Assembly (NCBI GenBank): GCA_964634605.1
Contig: CAZWLJ010000005.1
Coordinates: forward strand, 27,568 to 91,567
DNA: 64,000 bases
Direction of reading: 5' to 3'
Origin: an uncultured Paludibacter sp.
GTDB taxonomy: Bacteria > Bacteroidota > Bacteroidia > Bacteroidales > Paludibacteraceae
Shown here one piece after another: positions 19,882 to 29,363 of this stretch. Positions within the stretch are counted from its first letter, which is position 1. Each line of letters begins with the position of its first letter. Both the position numbers and the translations under genes were made by a program. Below the pieces are notes generated by a model. The model worked only from the letters and a program-made list of their open reading frames with translations, did not search any database and had not been told where the DNA came from.

Positions 19882-21018
19882 ATGAAAACCAGAATTTTAT
19901 TTTTGTTCGTGGCTGTAATGGTTATGTTCAGTTGCACCCGCAAAGAAGAAAAAATACTTTCGGGATTGGATAAAACCAAGTTTCAGACAGTAGTGAATGG
20001 CGATACGACCGGTTTGTATGTACTGAAAAATAAAGCCGGTATGGAAGTTACCATCACCAATTTTGGCGGAAGAATTGTTTCGGTTATGGTGCCGGACAAA
20101 ACAGGCAAAATGATAGATGTGGTTCTTGGATTTGACTCCATTAGTGATTATATAAATGTTCCCAGCGATTTTGGCGCGACTATAGGGCGTTATGCCAACC
20201 GTATCAATCAGGGTAAAATCACTATTGACGGTAATATCATTCAGCTTCCACAGAACAATTTCGGGCATTGCCTTCACGGAGGACCGAAGGGCTGGCAGTA
20301 TCAGGTGTACAGAAATGTAATACAAACGGGTGATTCAACCATCGAAATGACACGTTTCTCACCCGATGGCGATATGAACTTCCCCGGAAATGTGGAAGCG
20401 AAAGTAGTTTATACGCTCACCGAAGATAATGCTATCAAAATTGACATGAGTGCAAAAACGGACAAAAAAACAGTGATAAACATGTGTAATCACTCGTATT
20501 TCAATCTTGGCGGCGATCCCTCGAAACCTGTGACAGATGATGAACTTTACATCAATGCCGATAATTTCACTCCGGTGGACAGTACATTCATGACTACCGG
20601 CGAAATTGTTGCGGTAAAAGGAACTCCGATGGATTTCACTGTTCCTAAAACAGTTGGAAAGGAAATAAATAACTATGATTTCATTCAACTGAAAAATGGC
20701 AACGGATTCGACCACAACTGGGTGCTGAATACAGCTGGTGATGTGAATCAGGTAGCTGCAAGGGTTGTGTCACCTGCATCGGGTGTAACACTCGAGGTGT
20801 ATACCAACGAGCCCGGAATACAGGTTTACACCGGAAATTTCCTGGACGGCAGTGTGAAAGGCAAAAAAGGCATTGTTTACAATCAACGAACAGGAATTTG
20901 TCTTGAAACTCAGCATTATCCTGACAGCCCAAACAAACCTCAGTGGCCTTCTGTAATACTGGAACCCGGAAAAGTATATCAAAGTACCTGTATTTATAAG
21001 TTTGGAGTTAACAAATAA
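19882..21018 (+). CDS. galM: Aldose 1-epimerase (mutarotase)
   Basis: 378 aa with a signal/lipobox (MVMFSC). Mutarotase motifs are GRYANRI, LHGG and NHSYFNL. Confidence 0.93.
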   Translation: MKTRILFLFVAVMVMFSCTRKEEKILSGLDKTKFQTVVNGDTTGLYVLKNKAGMEVTITNFGGRIVSVMVPDKTGKMIDVVLGFDSISDYINVPSDFGATIGRYANRINQGKITIDGNIIQLPQNNFGHCLHGGPKGWQYQVYRNVIQTGDSTIEMTRFSPDGDMNFPGNVEAKVVYTLTEDNAIKIDMSAKTDKKTVINMCNHSYFNLGGDPSKPVTDDELYINADNFTPVDSTFMTTGEIVAVKGTPMDFTVPKTVGKEINNYDFIQLKNGNGFDHNWVLNTAGDVNQVAARVVSPASGVTLEVYTNEPGIQVYTGNFLDGSVKGKKGIVYNQRTGICLETQHYPDSPNKPQWPSVILEPGKVYQSTCIYKFGVNK

Positions 21019-21052
21019 TCAAATTAAAACTAATACTCAAAAGATGTAATAT

Positions 21053-22798
21053 ATGAATTGGAATTCACATCAATTTATTTGGCTCGACTGGATTATTATT
21101 GCAGTCGGTATTGTAGCGGTGGGATGGGCTGTTTACCGGTCGGTTCAGAAGCACAAAAAATCGCAGGCCGGAGCTGACAGCGAAGATTACCTGTTCGGTA
21201 AGGGAGAACCCTGGTATATAATCGGAGCAGCTATTTTTGCAGCAAACATTGGCTCAGAGCACCTCGTGGGACTGGCCGGAACCGGCGCAAAAGCAGGCGT
21301 AGGTATGGCACACTGGGAAATGCAGGGCTGGATGATTCTCATCCTCGGATGGCTTTTCGTGCCATTCTATCAACTGATGAACAATAAACTCGGGAAAATT
21401 ATCACGATGCCCGACTTTCTGAAAAACAGATACACTCCGGCTACCGGATCGTGGTTATCAATTATTACTCTCGTGGCATACGTTCTTACCAAAGTAAGTG
21501 TAACGGCATTTACCGGCGGCATATTTATGGAAAGTCTTCTCGGACTACCTTTCTGGTACGGAGCTATCGGGTTGATTGTACTCACAGGTCTTTTTACCGT
21601 TTTCGGAGGAATGAAGGGGGTGATGACACTTTCTGCTATTCAGACTCCAATCCTGATTCTGGGTTCGTTCCTGGTTCTTTTTCTGGGATTGGCTGCCCTC
21701 GGTGGTGGTAACATCGCCGAAGGCTGGACTGCTATGATCGACTATTCCAAAACGCTCAATGTAGGTGTAGATGGTGTGGCGCATGGAACCAATCACATGT
21801 TCCATTTCGAGACCGGCGACCCGCTCTACGACGATTATCCCGGTTTCTGGGTGTTTATCGGAGCTTCCATTATCGGTCTTTGGTATTGGGCTACCGATCA
21901 GCATATCGTTCAGCGTGTACTCGGGCAGCATAAGGGCGAAGCCAGCGACGTGGTGATGAAACGTGCACGCAGAGGCACTATTGCTGCAGGTTATTTCAAA
22001 TTGTTGCCTGTTTTCATGTTTCTGATACCCGGTATGATTGCTGCAGCTCTGGCAGCACGCCCCGACAGTGGATTTACACTCGAAAATCCGGATACAGCTT
22101 TTGGCTCCATGGTAAAATTTGTTTTACCTGCAGGTGTCAAAGGTATTGTTACCATTGGTTTTATTTCTGCGCTTGTAGCATCGCTGGCAGCATTTTTCAA
22201 CTCCTGCGCCACGCTATTTACCGAAGACTTTTACAAACCGAACTTCAAAGGCAGAACCGAAGCCAGATACGTGCTGGTAGGACGTATTGCTACCATCGTT
22301 GTAGTTATTCTGGGTATAGTCTGGATTCCTGTTATGATGAGCCTCGGAAGTCTTTACGACTATTTGCAGGGCATTCAGTCTCTGCTTGCTCCTGCCATGG
22401 TGGCTGTTTTTGTGCTCGGTATTTTTTCCAAGAAAATTACCCCCAAAGCCGGCGAAGCAGGTATGATAGTTGGTTTTGCAATCGGAATGGTACGTCTGCT
22501 CACCAACATTGTGACCAACAGTGGCAAAAACGTGATGTCAGGATGGCTGTGGGAGAATACAACCTGGTTCTGGCAGACAAACTGGCTTATCTTCGAGATT
22601 TGGCTGCTTGTTTTCATCATGGTAATGATGGTTGTCGTTTCGTTGTTCACACCGAAACCTACTGCTCAGCAGATTGAGTTTATCACCTTCAACAGCGATT
22701 ACAAAAAGCTCATTCGCAATAGCTGGAACAAGTGGGATGTAATCGGCTCGCTGGGAGTAATCATCTTTTGCGTTCTTTTCTACTGGTATTTCTGGTAA
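21053..22798 (+). CDS. Sodium:solute symporter (SSS/SGLT family), probable arabinose/sugar transporter
   Basis: 581 aa polytopic membrane protein with SSS-like sequence features. It is embedded in the ara operon. Confidence 0.9.
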   Translation: MNWNSHQFIWLDWIIIAVGIVAVGWAVYRSVQKHKKSQAGADSEDYLFGKGEPWYIIGAAIFAANIGSEHLVGLAGTGAKAGVGMAHWEMQGWMILILGWLFVPFYQLMNNKLGKIITMPDFLKNRYTPATGSWLSIITLVAYVLTKVSVTAFTGGIFMESLLGLPFWYGAIGLIVLTGLFTVFGGMKGVMTLSAIQTPILILGSFLVLFLGLAALGGGNIAEGWTAMIDYSKTLNVGVDGVAHGTNHMFHFETGDPLYDDYPGFWVFIGASIIGLWYWATDQHIVQRVLGQHKGEASDVVMKRARRGTIAAGYFKLLPVFMFLIPGMIAAALAARPDSGFTLENPDTAFGSMVKFVLPAGVKGIVTIGFISALVASLAAFFNSCATLFTEDFYKPNFKGRTEARYVLVGRIATIVVVILGIVWIPVMMSLGSLYDYLQGIQSLLAPAMVAVFVLGIFSKKITPKAGEAGMIVGFAIGMVRLLTNIVTNSGKNVMSGWLWENTTWFWQTNWLIFEIWLLVFIMVMMVVVSLFTPKPTAQQIEFITFNSDYKKLIRNSWNKWDVIGSLGVIIFCVLFYWYFW

Positions 22799-22816
22799 AT
22801 GAAGTAATTATTCATG

Positions 22817-22855
22817 TAAACTCCGGTTCTGGTTATCCGAAACAACCGGAGTTTA
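22817..22855 (+). other. Intercistronic 12-bp-stem hairpin between the symporter gene and araR
   Basis: TAAACTCCGGTT-N15-AACCGGAGTTTA, with an inner GTT/AAC pairing. There is no T tract. Confidence 0.5.
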
Positions 22856-22875
22856 CCTTCCTTATCTGAAAATAA

Positions 22876-23565
22876 ATGTTTTTCGATTCAAATTACTACA
22901 AGTCACATCATTTATTTCTGGTTGCAGTTGACTGCATTATCTTCGGATTTCAGAATAATGAAATTAAACTGCTGGTACACCCGCGTGCAATGGAACCGGA
23001 GCAGGGTGGTTTATCGCTGATGGGAGGATTTGTGAAAAGCAATGAATCAGTCGATCAGGCAGCTTCCAATATTCTGTCAAGTCTGACAGGCCTGGAGAAT
23101 ATATTTATGGAACAGGTAAAAGTGTATGGCGAGATTAACCGTGATCCCGGCGAAAGGGTAATTTCCTGTGCCTATTATGCACTCATTGATATCAACGATT
23201 ACGACGATTCGCTGCTGAAAGCTCACAACGCGTTCTGGGTGAACCTTGAGGAGGCTTCAAACCTTATTTTCGACCATTCGCAGATGGTCAGAGATGCACT
23301 TGCCATTCTGAGGAGAAAAGCTGTTCTTGAACCTATCGGCTTCAATCTTTTGCCGGAGAAATTTACAATGACTCATCTTCAGTCGCTTTATGAGGCTATT
23401 TACATCAAGTCACTGGATAAGCGCAACTTCAGAAAGAAAATGCTGAGTTTCAATTTTATAGAGAAACTCGATGAAATTGACAAGTCGGGATCTAAAAAAG
23501 GGGCTTTTTTGTACAAATTCAAAGACCGGAACTTACTCGTCAATTCAATGAACTATGAATTTTAA
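22876..23565 (+). CDS. araR: NrtR-like Nudix-domain transcriptional regulator (AraR type)
   Basis: 229 aa. The N-terminal half has a Nudix fold whose Nudix box is degenerate (G51-x5-E57 is kept, but the RE..EE residues are replaced by NI..SL). The C-terminal ~90 aa look like a winged helix. The position inside an ara operon matches the Bacteroides AraR arrangement. Confidence 0.75.
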   Translation: MFFDSNYYKSHHLFLVAVDCIIFGFQNNEIKLLVHPRAMEPEQGGLSLMGGFVKSNESVDQAASNILSSLTGLENIFMEQVKVYGEINRDPGERVISCAYYALIDINDYDDSLLKAHNAFWVNLEEASNLIFDHSQMVRDALAILRRKAVLEPIGFNLLPEKFTMTHLQSLYEAIYIKSLDKRNFRKKMLSFNFIEKLDEIDKSGSKKGAFLYKFKDRNLLVNSMNYEF

Positions 23566-23591
23566 TGATTCTGTAAACAAAAAAATGTATC

Positions 23592-25544
23592 ATGTCAAAA
23601 AATAATAAATATATTGCATTCATGCTGTTTATTGCTGTTATTCAACTTACAACAGCTCAAACTCATAACATTCAGGTTGATTTTAAGAAAAACGGAATTG
23701 AAATCCAGAAAACCATGTACGGGATTTTTTTTGAAGATATCAATTACGGAGCCGACGGTGGTTTGTATGCCGAACTGGTGAAAAACCGCTCGTTTGAGTT
23801 TCCTCAAAGTTTCATGGGATGGAGTACTTTCGGAAACATTGAAGTCAAAAGCGACGGACCGTTTCAGAATAATCCTCACTACGTTCGCCTGTCGTATTCC
23901 GGTCATACCGACAAACATACCGGACTTGAAAATGAAGGCTTTTTCGGTATTGCCGTGAAAAAAAACAGTGAATACCGGTTCTCTGTATGGAGCCGGAAAG
24001 CAGGTAGCGAGAATGCGGCTGTTCGCATCGAGCTCATCGATCAGGAAAGCAACATCATCACTTCGCAAAAACTGGATGTAACCAGCAGCGAATGGAAAAA
24101 ATACGAGCTAATGTTGAAATCCGACCGGGATTATGCCAAATCACGGCTTCGCATATTCTTAACTTCCAAAGGAGCGATGGATATGGAACATGTTTCACTA
24201 TTCCCGGCCGATACCTGGAAAGGACGTGAAAACGGGCTGAGAAAAGACCTGGCTCAGGCACTTTACGATTTGAAACCGGGAGTATTCCGCTTCCCCGGAG
24301 GATGTATTGTAGAGGGTACCGACCTCAATACACGCTACCAGTGGAAAAACTCGATCGGACCAGTTGAAAACCGCAAACTGAACGAAAACCGCTGGCAGTA
24401 CACTTTCACCCACCGGTTTTTCCCTGATTATTACCAATCATACGGACTCGGATTCTACGAATTCTTTCAGCTTTCCGAAGATATAGGAGCCGAACCATTG
24501 CCGGTGTTGAGTTGCGGATTAGCCTGCCAGTTCCAGAATAAGGATGAGCATGCCCATGTTTCTGTAGGCAGCGATCTGGATCCGTATATTCAGGATGCAC
24601 TGGATCTGATTGAATTTGCCAACGGAAATACCGAAACCCGGTACGGTAAAATCCGCGCCGAAATGGGTCATCCCGAGCCTTTCAACCTGAAATTTATCGG
24701 AATAGGAAACGAACAGTGGGGTAGTCTTTATCCCGAACGTCTGGAACCTTTCATGAAAGCCATTAAAGCCAGATATCCGGAGATGAAGATAATTGGTTCA
24801 TCCGGACCGAGCCCCGACGGCAAAGACTTTGAATACGGCTGGCAGGAAATGAAAAGACTCCGGGCCGACCTTGTCGATGAGCATTATTACAGAGATCCGA
24901 ACTGGTTTCTTTCGGGAGCTGCTCGCTATGACAAGTACGACCGCAAAGGTCCCAAAGTTTTTGCAGGAGAATATGCCTGCCATCCGCAAAACAGAAAAAA
25001 CAACTTCGAATCGGCCCTTTGCGAAGCAGCTTTCATGACCGGATTTGAGCGGAATGCAGACGTGGTGCACATGTGTACCTATGCTCCGTTGTTTGCTCAC
25101 GTGCAGGGATGGCAATGGCGCCCCGATCTTATCTGGTTTGACAACACAAACAGTGTCAGATCCGTAAACTACTACGTGCAGCAACTCTACGGACACAATG
25201 CCGGAACAAACATGCTGAATACTTCTGAAAATAAGGCACCGCTTACAGGTCAGGATGGCATTTATGCATCTTCGGTGTACGACAAAAACAAAAACGAAAT
25301 AATTCTGAAGATTGCTAATACTTCAAATGACACCAGATCAGTAAATTACATACTGAAAGGTCTGAAAAGTATGGAAAGAGCCGTTAAAAAAACCACGTTA
25401 AAATCACCGGATCAGGATGTGGAAAATACGCTCCAGAATCCTTTAGCTGTGGTTCCCGTAAGTGAGGACATTAAAATTCCGGGAAATAATTTCCTGGTGA
25501 ATATGGAACCAAAATCGTTTTGCGTGTTCAATATTAAACTGTAA
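23592..25544 (+). CDS. GH51 alpha-L-arabinofuranosidase
   Basis: 650 aa with a signal peptide. Motifs are NRSFEFP, FRFPGGCIVEG and IGIGNEQWG (acid/base Glu context). Confidence 0.9.
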   Translation: MSKNNKYIAFMLFIAVIQLTTAQTHNIQVDFKKNGIEIQKTMYGIFFEDINYGADGGLYAELVKNRSFEFPQSFMGWSTFGNIEVKSDGPFQNNPHYVRLSYSGHTDKHTGLENEGFFGIAVKKNSEYRFSVWSRKAGSENAAVRIELIDQESNIITSQKLDVTSSEWKKYELMLKSDRDYAKSRLRIFLTSKGAMDMEHVSLFPADTWKGRENGLRKDLAQALYDLKPGVFRFPGGCIVEGTDLNTRYQWKNSIGPVENRKLNENRWQYTFTHRFFPDYYQSYGLGFYEFFQLSEDIGAEPLPVLSCGLACQFQNKDEHAHVSVGSDLDPYIQDALDLIEFANGNTETRYGKIRAEMGHPEPFNLKFIGIGNEQWGSLYPERLEPFMKAIKARYPEMKIIGSSGPSPDGKDFEYGWQEMKRLRADLVDEHYYRDPNWFLSGAARYDKYDRKGPKVFAGEYACHPQNRKNNFESALCEAAFMTGFERNADVVHMCTYAPLFAHVQGWQWRPDLIWFDNTNSVRSVNYYVQQLYGHNAGTNMLNTSENKAPLTGQDGIYASSVYDKNKNEIILKIANTSNDTRSVNYILKGLKSMERAVKKTTLKSPDQDVENTLQNPLAVVPVSEDIKIPGNNFLVNMEPKSFCVFNIKL

Positions 25545-25573
25545 AAAGCGTATTTTTTTCACAAACAATAAAG

Positions 25574-25600
25574 GCAGGAGCAGCAAACTCCTGCTTTTTT
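25574..25600. terminator. Bidirectional rho-independent terminator
   Basis: GCAGGAG-CAGCAAA-CTCCTGC followed by TTTTTT and preceded by AAA. It lies between convergent genes. Confidence 0.75.
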
Positions 25601-25607
25601 ATTTTTA

Positions 25608-28193
25608 CTAACGATTGAATGTTCCGATTATCCCGTTTTGAGTTACCGTTTCGAGGCTGATGCTGAGATTTTTGCAAGTTCCGTTGTTGTAAAATACAAC
25701 ATCGGCATTGCCATTACTGTCGGAGGTTACATTCGGATTCCAGTACAGGGTGCGGCGGTAGTCACCTTCGGTCATTGCCGGTAAGTCGCGGTTATTATAC
25801 TGAGGACTGAAAAATGTTTTTGGGTATGAAAATCCGCTGAAAGTTGTATTGCGTATTCCGAGCGGTTCTTCCTGATACTTTTTCTTCAGATGCATCACAA
25901 CGATTACTACTTTTGTAGGGTCGTAATCCGGGCTTCCGCTGAATAACCGGAGAATGGAGCTGAAGTCTTCAATAATATTTATCGATTCTATTTCATCGAA
26001 TGTGGGCATTTGCACATTGAAGGTACTGTTGGTTCGATTCGCCGGTATGCTGTTCTCATTTTGAGTTGATACCTGATCTGTTGATTCGCCTGTTGTCAGA
26101 CTTTCGATATTGAAAGCCACCAGATCGGGCGAATCGTCTCGCATGAAATATACTTTTTTGCCTTTGTACCTTGCTGATGAGCCGTCGCTGTCGTTGGAAT
26201 AAGAGAAATACTTGTTCATCTTATCCAGAAAACTGTATATATCGGCTGGTCTCCAGTCGCCTGTATCTTCAATTTTATCGATTTCTTTTGCCACTTCGTA
26301 CTTCACGCTGATTTTAATGGGTCTTTGTCTGGCAGTTACAATCAGGTCTTTCAGCATATGCATTTTCTCACTCATTCCGGGATCTTTACTGATTGAATCT
26401 GTATCGTATTCAGGTTCGGCAGCATTTTCTGTGCTTTCGTTGCCATTGAATACCATCATGTGGTGTGGTTCGTTCAATTCGGTATGCAAAAATGGCTTTA
26501 GAAGGGGACTGAAGACTCTGTCGAGCATTATTCTCGTTTCTTTACGCTTTTCGTTCAGTTTCGACTGAAGAATCAGATTAGCATTGCCGTAAAAATCGTG
26601 CAGTAAAAAACTGAATTTGCCTTCGGCATCAGTGAGTGCTTTTGCACGTTGTGAGGAGCTGTCAGTCATCAGCACCATCATGATTTCCGCATCTTTCAAG
26701 ATTGATTTTCTAAACAGTGAGACTACCGAACCCTCCACGGCAAGCTCTTTTTCAAGCGGATGCACGGGATGAAAAGGTGAAACTCCTGCCATTTCTTTCC
26801 ACGCGTACCTGCTCCAGCCCTGCGTAAGAAGCAATAATTCAAGCGCTTGTTTTCTTCCCGCGTCGTTAGTTTCAAAATAATAACCCGGATTTTCGATATA
26901 TCCGCGCAGTTCTGACGAGAGGAGCAGGTTTGTCAGCGCGTTGTCGGCATACGGTACTGCCGAACTTGTTCCGGCATCACGCACAGCGAGCGAAAAAGTT
27001 GTCTGTACAGGTTTGTTTTTCCTGTCATTCAACTGAAAGTTCATGCTTACCTGATCGAAAGGACGGAGAGGTTTTTTGTTTTCAGTCATTCTGATTCTCA
27101 TTTCACTCTGGTGATTTGTGAATACCAGCCTTTCGCAGAATACCTTACCGCGCGGGCTGAAAAGTGTAATCTGCGATACTCCTGACGGAAGCATGTTTTT
27201 AGGTAGTGATAAGTTAATCTCATCTTCCGATTTCAGTTCAACAGTTTCAAAAGCATACATGATTCCCCTGCACGATACTGACAGTCCTAAAGGTTCAGAT
27301 TTCTGATTGAGTGATTTCCGGATCAGGATGTGGAGCTTTGTGCTGTCGGAATTATCTGCCTGAATAACATATCCTTCGCTCTGAACTTCAGGCAGCTGAA
27401 ATGAATAATCGCGGTTGTTGTATGATATTTTTGCAGTGTATTTACCTCCGGTGGGGGTAAATTCAAACGAACCCATTCCCTGGTATTCTGTGTAGATTTC
27501 AGCTACAGCCTTGTTTTTTTCATCAACAATATTTCCCGAAATAATTACATTTTCACCTTTTTCACCGGTAGCCTTGAAAGCTATTTTTGATTTCACTCCG
27601 CGTACCAGGTTACCACCTTCGGGACAGAACATCACAGAAATACGTTCATTTTGCCTGTAAACCGGACGTTTCACCGGAATTCGCTGTGATTGAGGCCGCG
27701 TGCTTACTTTTGGTGTGTAATCACCTTCATTTTTCGGCCCGTCATATACCGGCAGTACCCTTGTGAAGTAATTTTCATCACCGAAATTAAGCATGTAGCG
27801 TGTGTAAGCCCTTATTTCATAAAATCCGGCATATCCGGCAGTGGGAAGGAAAAAACTATCGTGACACTGACCCTGCTCTATTTTAAGTTTCTTCTCGGCT
27901 ACCACATATCCTTCCTGATTGATCAGCTCCACGTACAGCACTTTGCTTAACTCACTCAGTGAATTGCGGTCAGCTCGAACCACGTAAGCCTTGAACCAGA
28001 TGGTTTCACCCAGGAAGTACGATGTGTTGTCAAAGTGGACATAAACCTTTTCACGGGGATATGTGGTTGAGAAAGCCATGTACTGCTGAGCGTAATTTTT
28101 TAGGTTGTCTGCCGGTTCATTCACCTGAGCAGAGACTTTTCCGGCAAGCGGGTTGCAAAGTATGCAGAGTAATAGTAGAAATCTGATTTTCAT
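25608..28193 (-). CDS. Large secreted protein of unknown function (MG2 / carboxypeptidase-regulatory-like beta-sandwich repeats suspected)
   Basis: 861 aa with a signal peptide (LCNPLAGKVSAQ). The N-terminal REKVYVHFDNTSYFLGETIWFKAY and the FCPEGGNLVRGVKSKIAFKA segments resemble macroglobulin-like folds. The gene call is solid; the function is not. Confidence 0.6.
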   Translation of the reverse strand: MKIRFLLLLCILCNPLAGKVSAQVNEPADNLKNYAQQYMAFSTTYPREKVYVHFDNTSYFLGETIWFKAYVVRADRNSLSELSKVLYVELINQEGYVVAEKKLKIEQGQCHDSFFLPTAGYAGFYEIRAYTRYMLNFGDENYFTRVLPVYDGPKNEGDYTPKVSTRPQSQRIPVKRPVYRQNERISVMFCPEGGNLVRGVKSKIAFKATGEKGENVIISGNIVDEKNKAVAEIYTEYQGMGSFEFTPTGGKYTAKISYNNRDYSFQLPEVQSEGYVIQADNSDSTKLHILIRKSLNQKSEPLGLSVSCRGIMYAFETVELKSEDEINLSLPKNMLPSGVSQITLFSPRGKVFCERLVFTNHQSEMRIRMTENKKPLRPFDQVSMNFQLNDRKNKPVQTTFSLAVRDAGTSSAVPYADNALTNLLLSSELRGYIENPGYYFETNDAGRKQALELLLLTQGWSRYAWKEMAGVSPFHPVHPLEKELAVEGSVVSLFRKSILKDAEIMMVLMTDSSSQRAKALTDAEGKFSFLLHDFYGNANLILQSKLNEKRKETRIMLDRVFSPLLKPFLHTELNEPHHMMVFNGNESTENAAEPEYDTDSISKDPGMSEKMHMLKDLIVTARQRPIKISVKYEVAKEIDKIEDTGDWRPADIYSFLDKMNKYFSYSNDSDGSSARYKGKKVYFMRDDSPDLVAFNIESLTTGESTDQVSTQNENSIPANRTNSTFNVQMPTFDEIESINIIEDFSSILRLFSGSPDYDPTKVVIVVMHLKKKYQEEPLGIRNTTFSGFSYPKTFFSPQYNNRDLPAMTEGDYRRTLYWNPNVTSDSNGNADVVFYNNGTCKNLSISLETVTQNGIIGTFNR

Positions 28194-28216
28194 AAGTCCA
28201 TGTGGAATTTGAATCC

Positions 28217-28224
28217 CAAAGATA
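28217..28224 (-). promoter_or_regulatory. -7 box TATCTTTG (minus strand) for the 861-aa gene
   Basis: CAAAGATA on the plus strand equals TAnnTTTG on the minus strand. It lies 24 nt upstream of the start codon. Confidence 0.35.
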
Positions 28225-28292
28225 GGTAAATATATTCTGAGAGTGTTATCAATGCCTTTTTTCTTAGTTATTTTATTTGTCTTTCCGGGTGA

Positions 28293-29294
28293 TTATTCAC
28301 TTAGTCGGTATTCCGAAGGTCTTTTCCCGTATTCATTATAAAAAGCTCTTGAAAACGACGAAACCGACGAAAATCCAAGTTGAAAGGCAATCTCGCTTAC
28401 GCTCATGTCTTTCTCCATATCCAGAAGCAGGTTGCAGGCATTCTGCATTTTCTGTGTTTTGTAATAGCGCACGATGCTTTGACCGAAAACCCGTTCGAAG
28501 AGTCCGTTAAGTTTTTGTTTGTTCATTTCGGTCAGATTACCAAGTTGATCGTAATCAAGAGTTTTATGACTGTTGTTTTCGAGAAATATTTTAACGGCTA
28601 TCAGTTTTTCTTTTTCTGAGGCAGATATGCTCCTGTCATCCGAAACTTCCATAATCCCTCCGTTAACCATCCGCTGGAAATAATAGAGTATAAGTTCATT
28701 TACTTTGAGTTTCGTGTATTCGTTCTGAAGCTTTAGGTCAAAAGGACAATTTGTAATTTCACGGATACACATTAACTCCCTCGATTCTATCGGAAGGATA
28801 ATACCTACCTGGCTTCTGTCAGTACTTTTCCGGTAACAGAAATTTTTAATTTCCACGGTGAAATCTGACAGGTATTCGTTCAGAAGCGACTCCAGATACC
28901 GGGTGGAAAGTGCCACCTGAAATATCTCAAAAATCTGATTTTTTACCATTAAGATGGATTTGCCTGTCGAAAGTGTACCATCTGCGAGCAGTGTGTTTTC
29001 TGTCAGCAATCGTTTGGTCTGCCCGTCTTCCGAGATTGCCTGTACTCCTTTGGGCACTTTGAGCAGGTAATTGAAATAAAAAGCATCTTTTTTTCTCGAA
29101 CTGGCATTGTTTCTCCAGACAAAATCCTCGGTAGACCTGCACGAAATATAGAGTATATCGATGTCGGCTGAAGGTGAGTAACATCCCAAAGTACCCTGCC
29201 CCAGTAGCGGTGCGCTGAAATGAATGTAATTCGGTACTTTCGAAAGCGTTTTCGTGTCAAAAGGGTGAGTGGCCAGATCATGCAGTTCTTTCAT
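28293..29294 (-). CDS. AraC/XylS-family transcriptional regulator (paralogue 1)
   Basis: 333 aa. The C-terminus has a double HTH (VSEIAFQLGFSSVSSFSRAFYNEYGKRPSEYR). The N-terminal ~220 aa have no motif I can assign. Confidence 0.85.
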   Translation of the reverse strand: MKELHDLATHPFDTKTLSKVPNYIHFSAPLLGQGTLGCYSPSADIDILYISCRSTEDFVWRNNASSRKKDAFYFNYLLKVPKGVQAISEDGQTKRLLTENTLLADGTLSTGKSILMVKNQIFEIFQVALSTRYLESLLNEYLSDFTVEIKNFCYRKSTDRSQVGIILPIESRELMCIREITNCPFDLKLQNEYTKLKVNELILYYFQRMVNGGIMEVSDDRSISASEKEKLIAVKIFLENNSHKTLDYDQLGNLTEMNKQKLNGLFERVFGQSIVRYYKTQKMQNACNLLLDMEKDMSVSEIAFQLGFSSVSSFSRAFYNEYGKRPSEYRLSE

Positions 29295-29363
29295 TTTCGT
29301 TCTGTTTTTTCTGTTTTATGATAACCTGAAATTTATTAATTATGTGTTGATAATTAGCTCCGG

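Noticed and set aside
28245-29325. Extra TGATAAC copies (28245-28251 minus strand, 29318-29325 plus strand) as further AraC sites
   Set aside because: A 7-8-mer is expected by chance several times in 64 kb of A/T-rich DNA. These copies lack the 21-bp-phased partner seen at 30610-30641.
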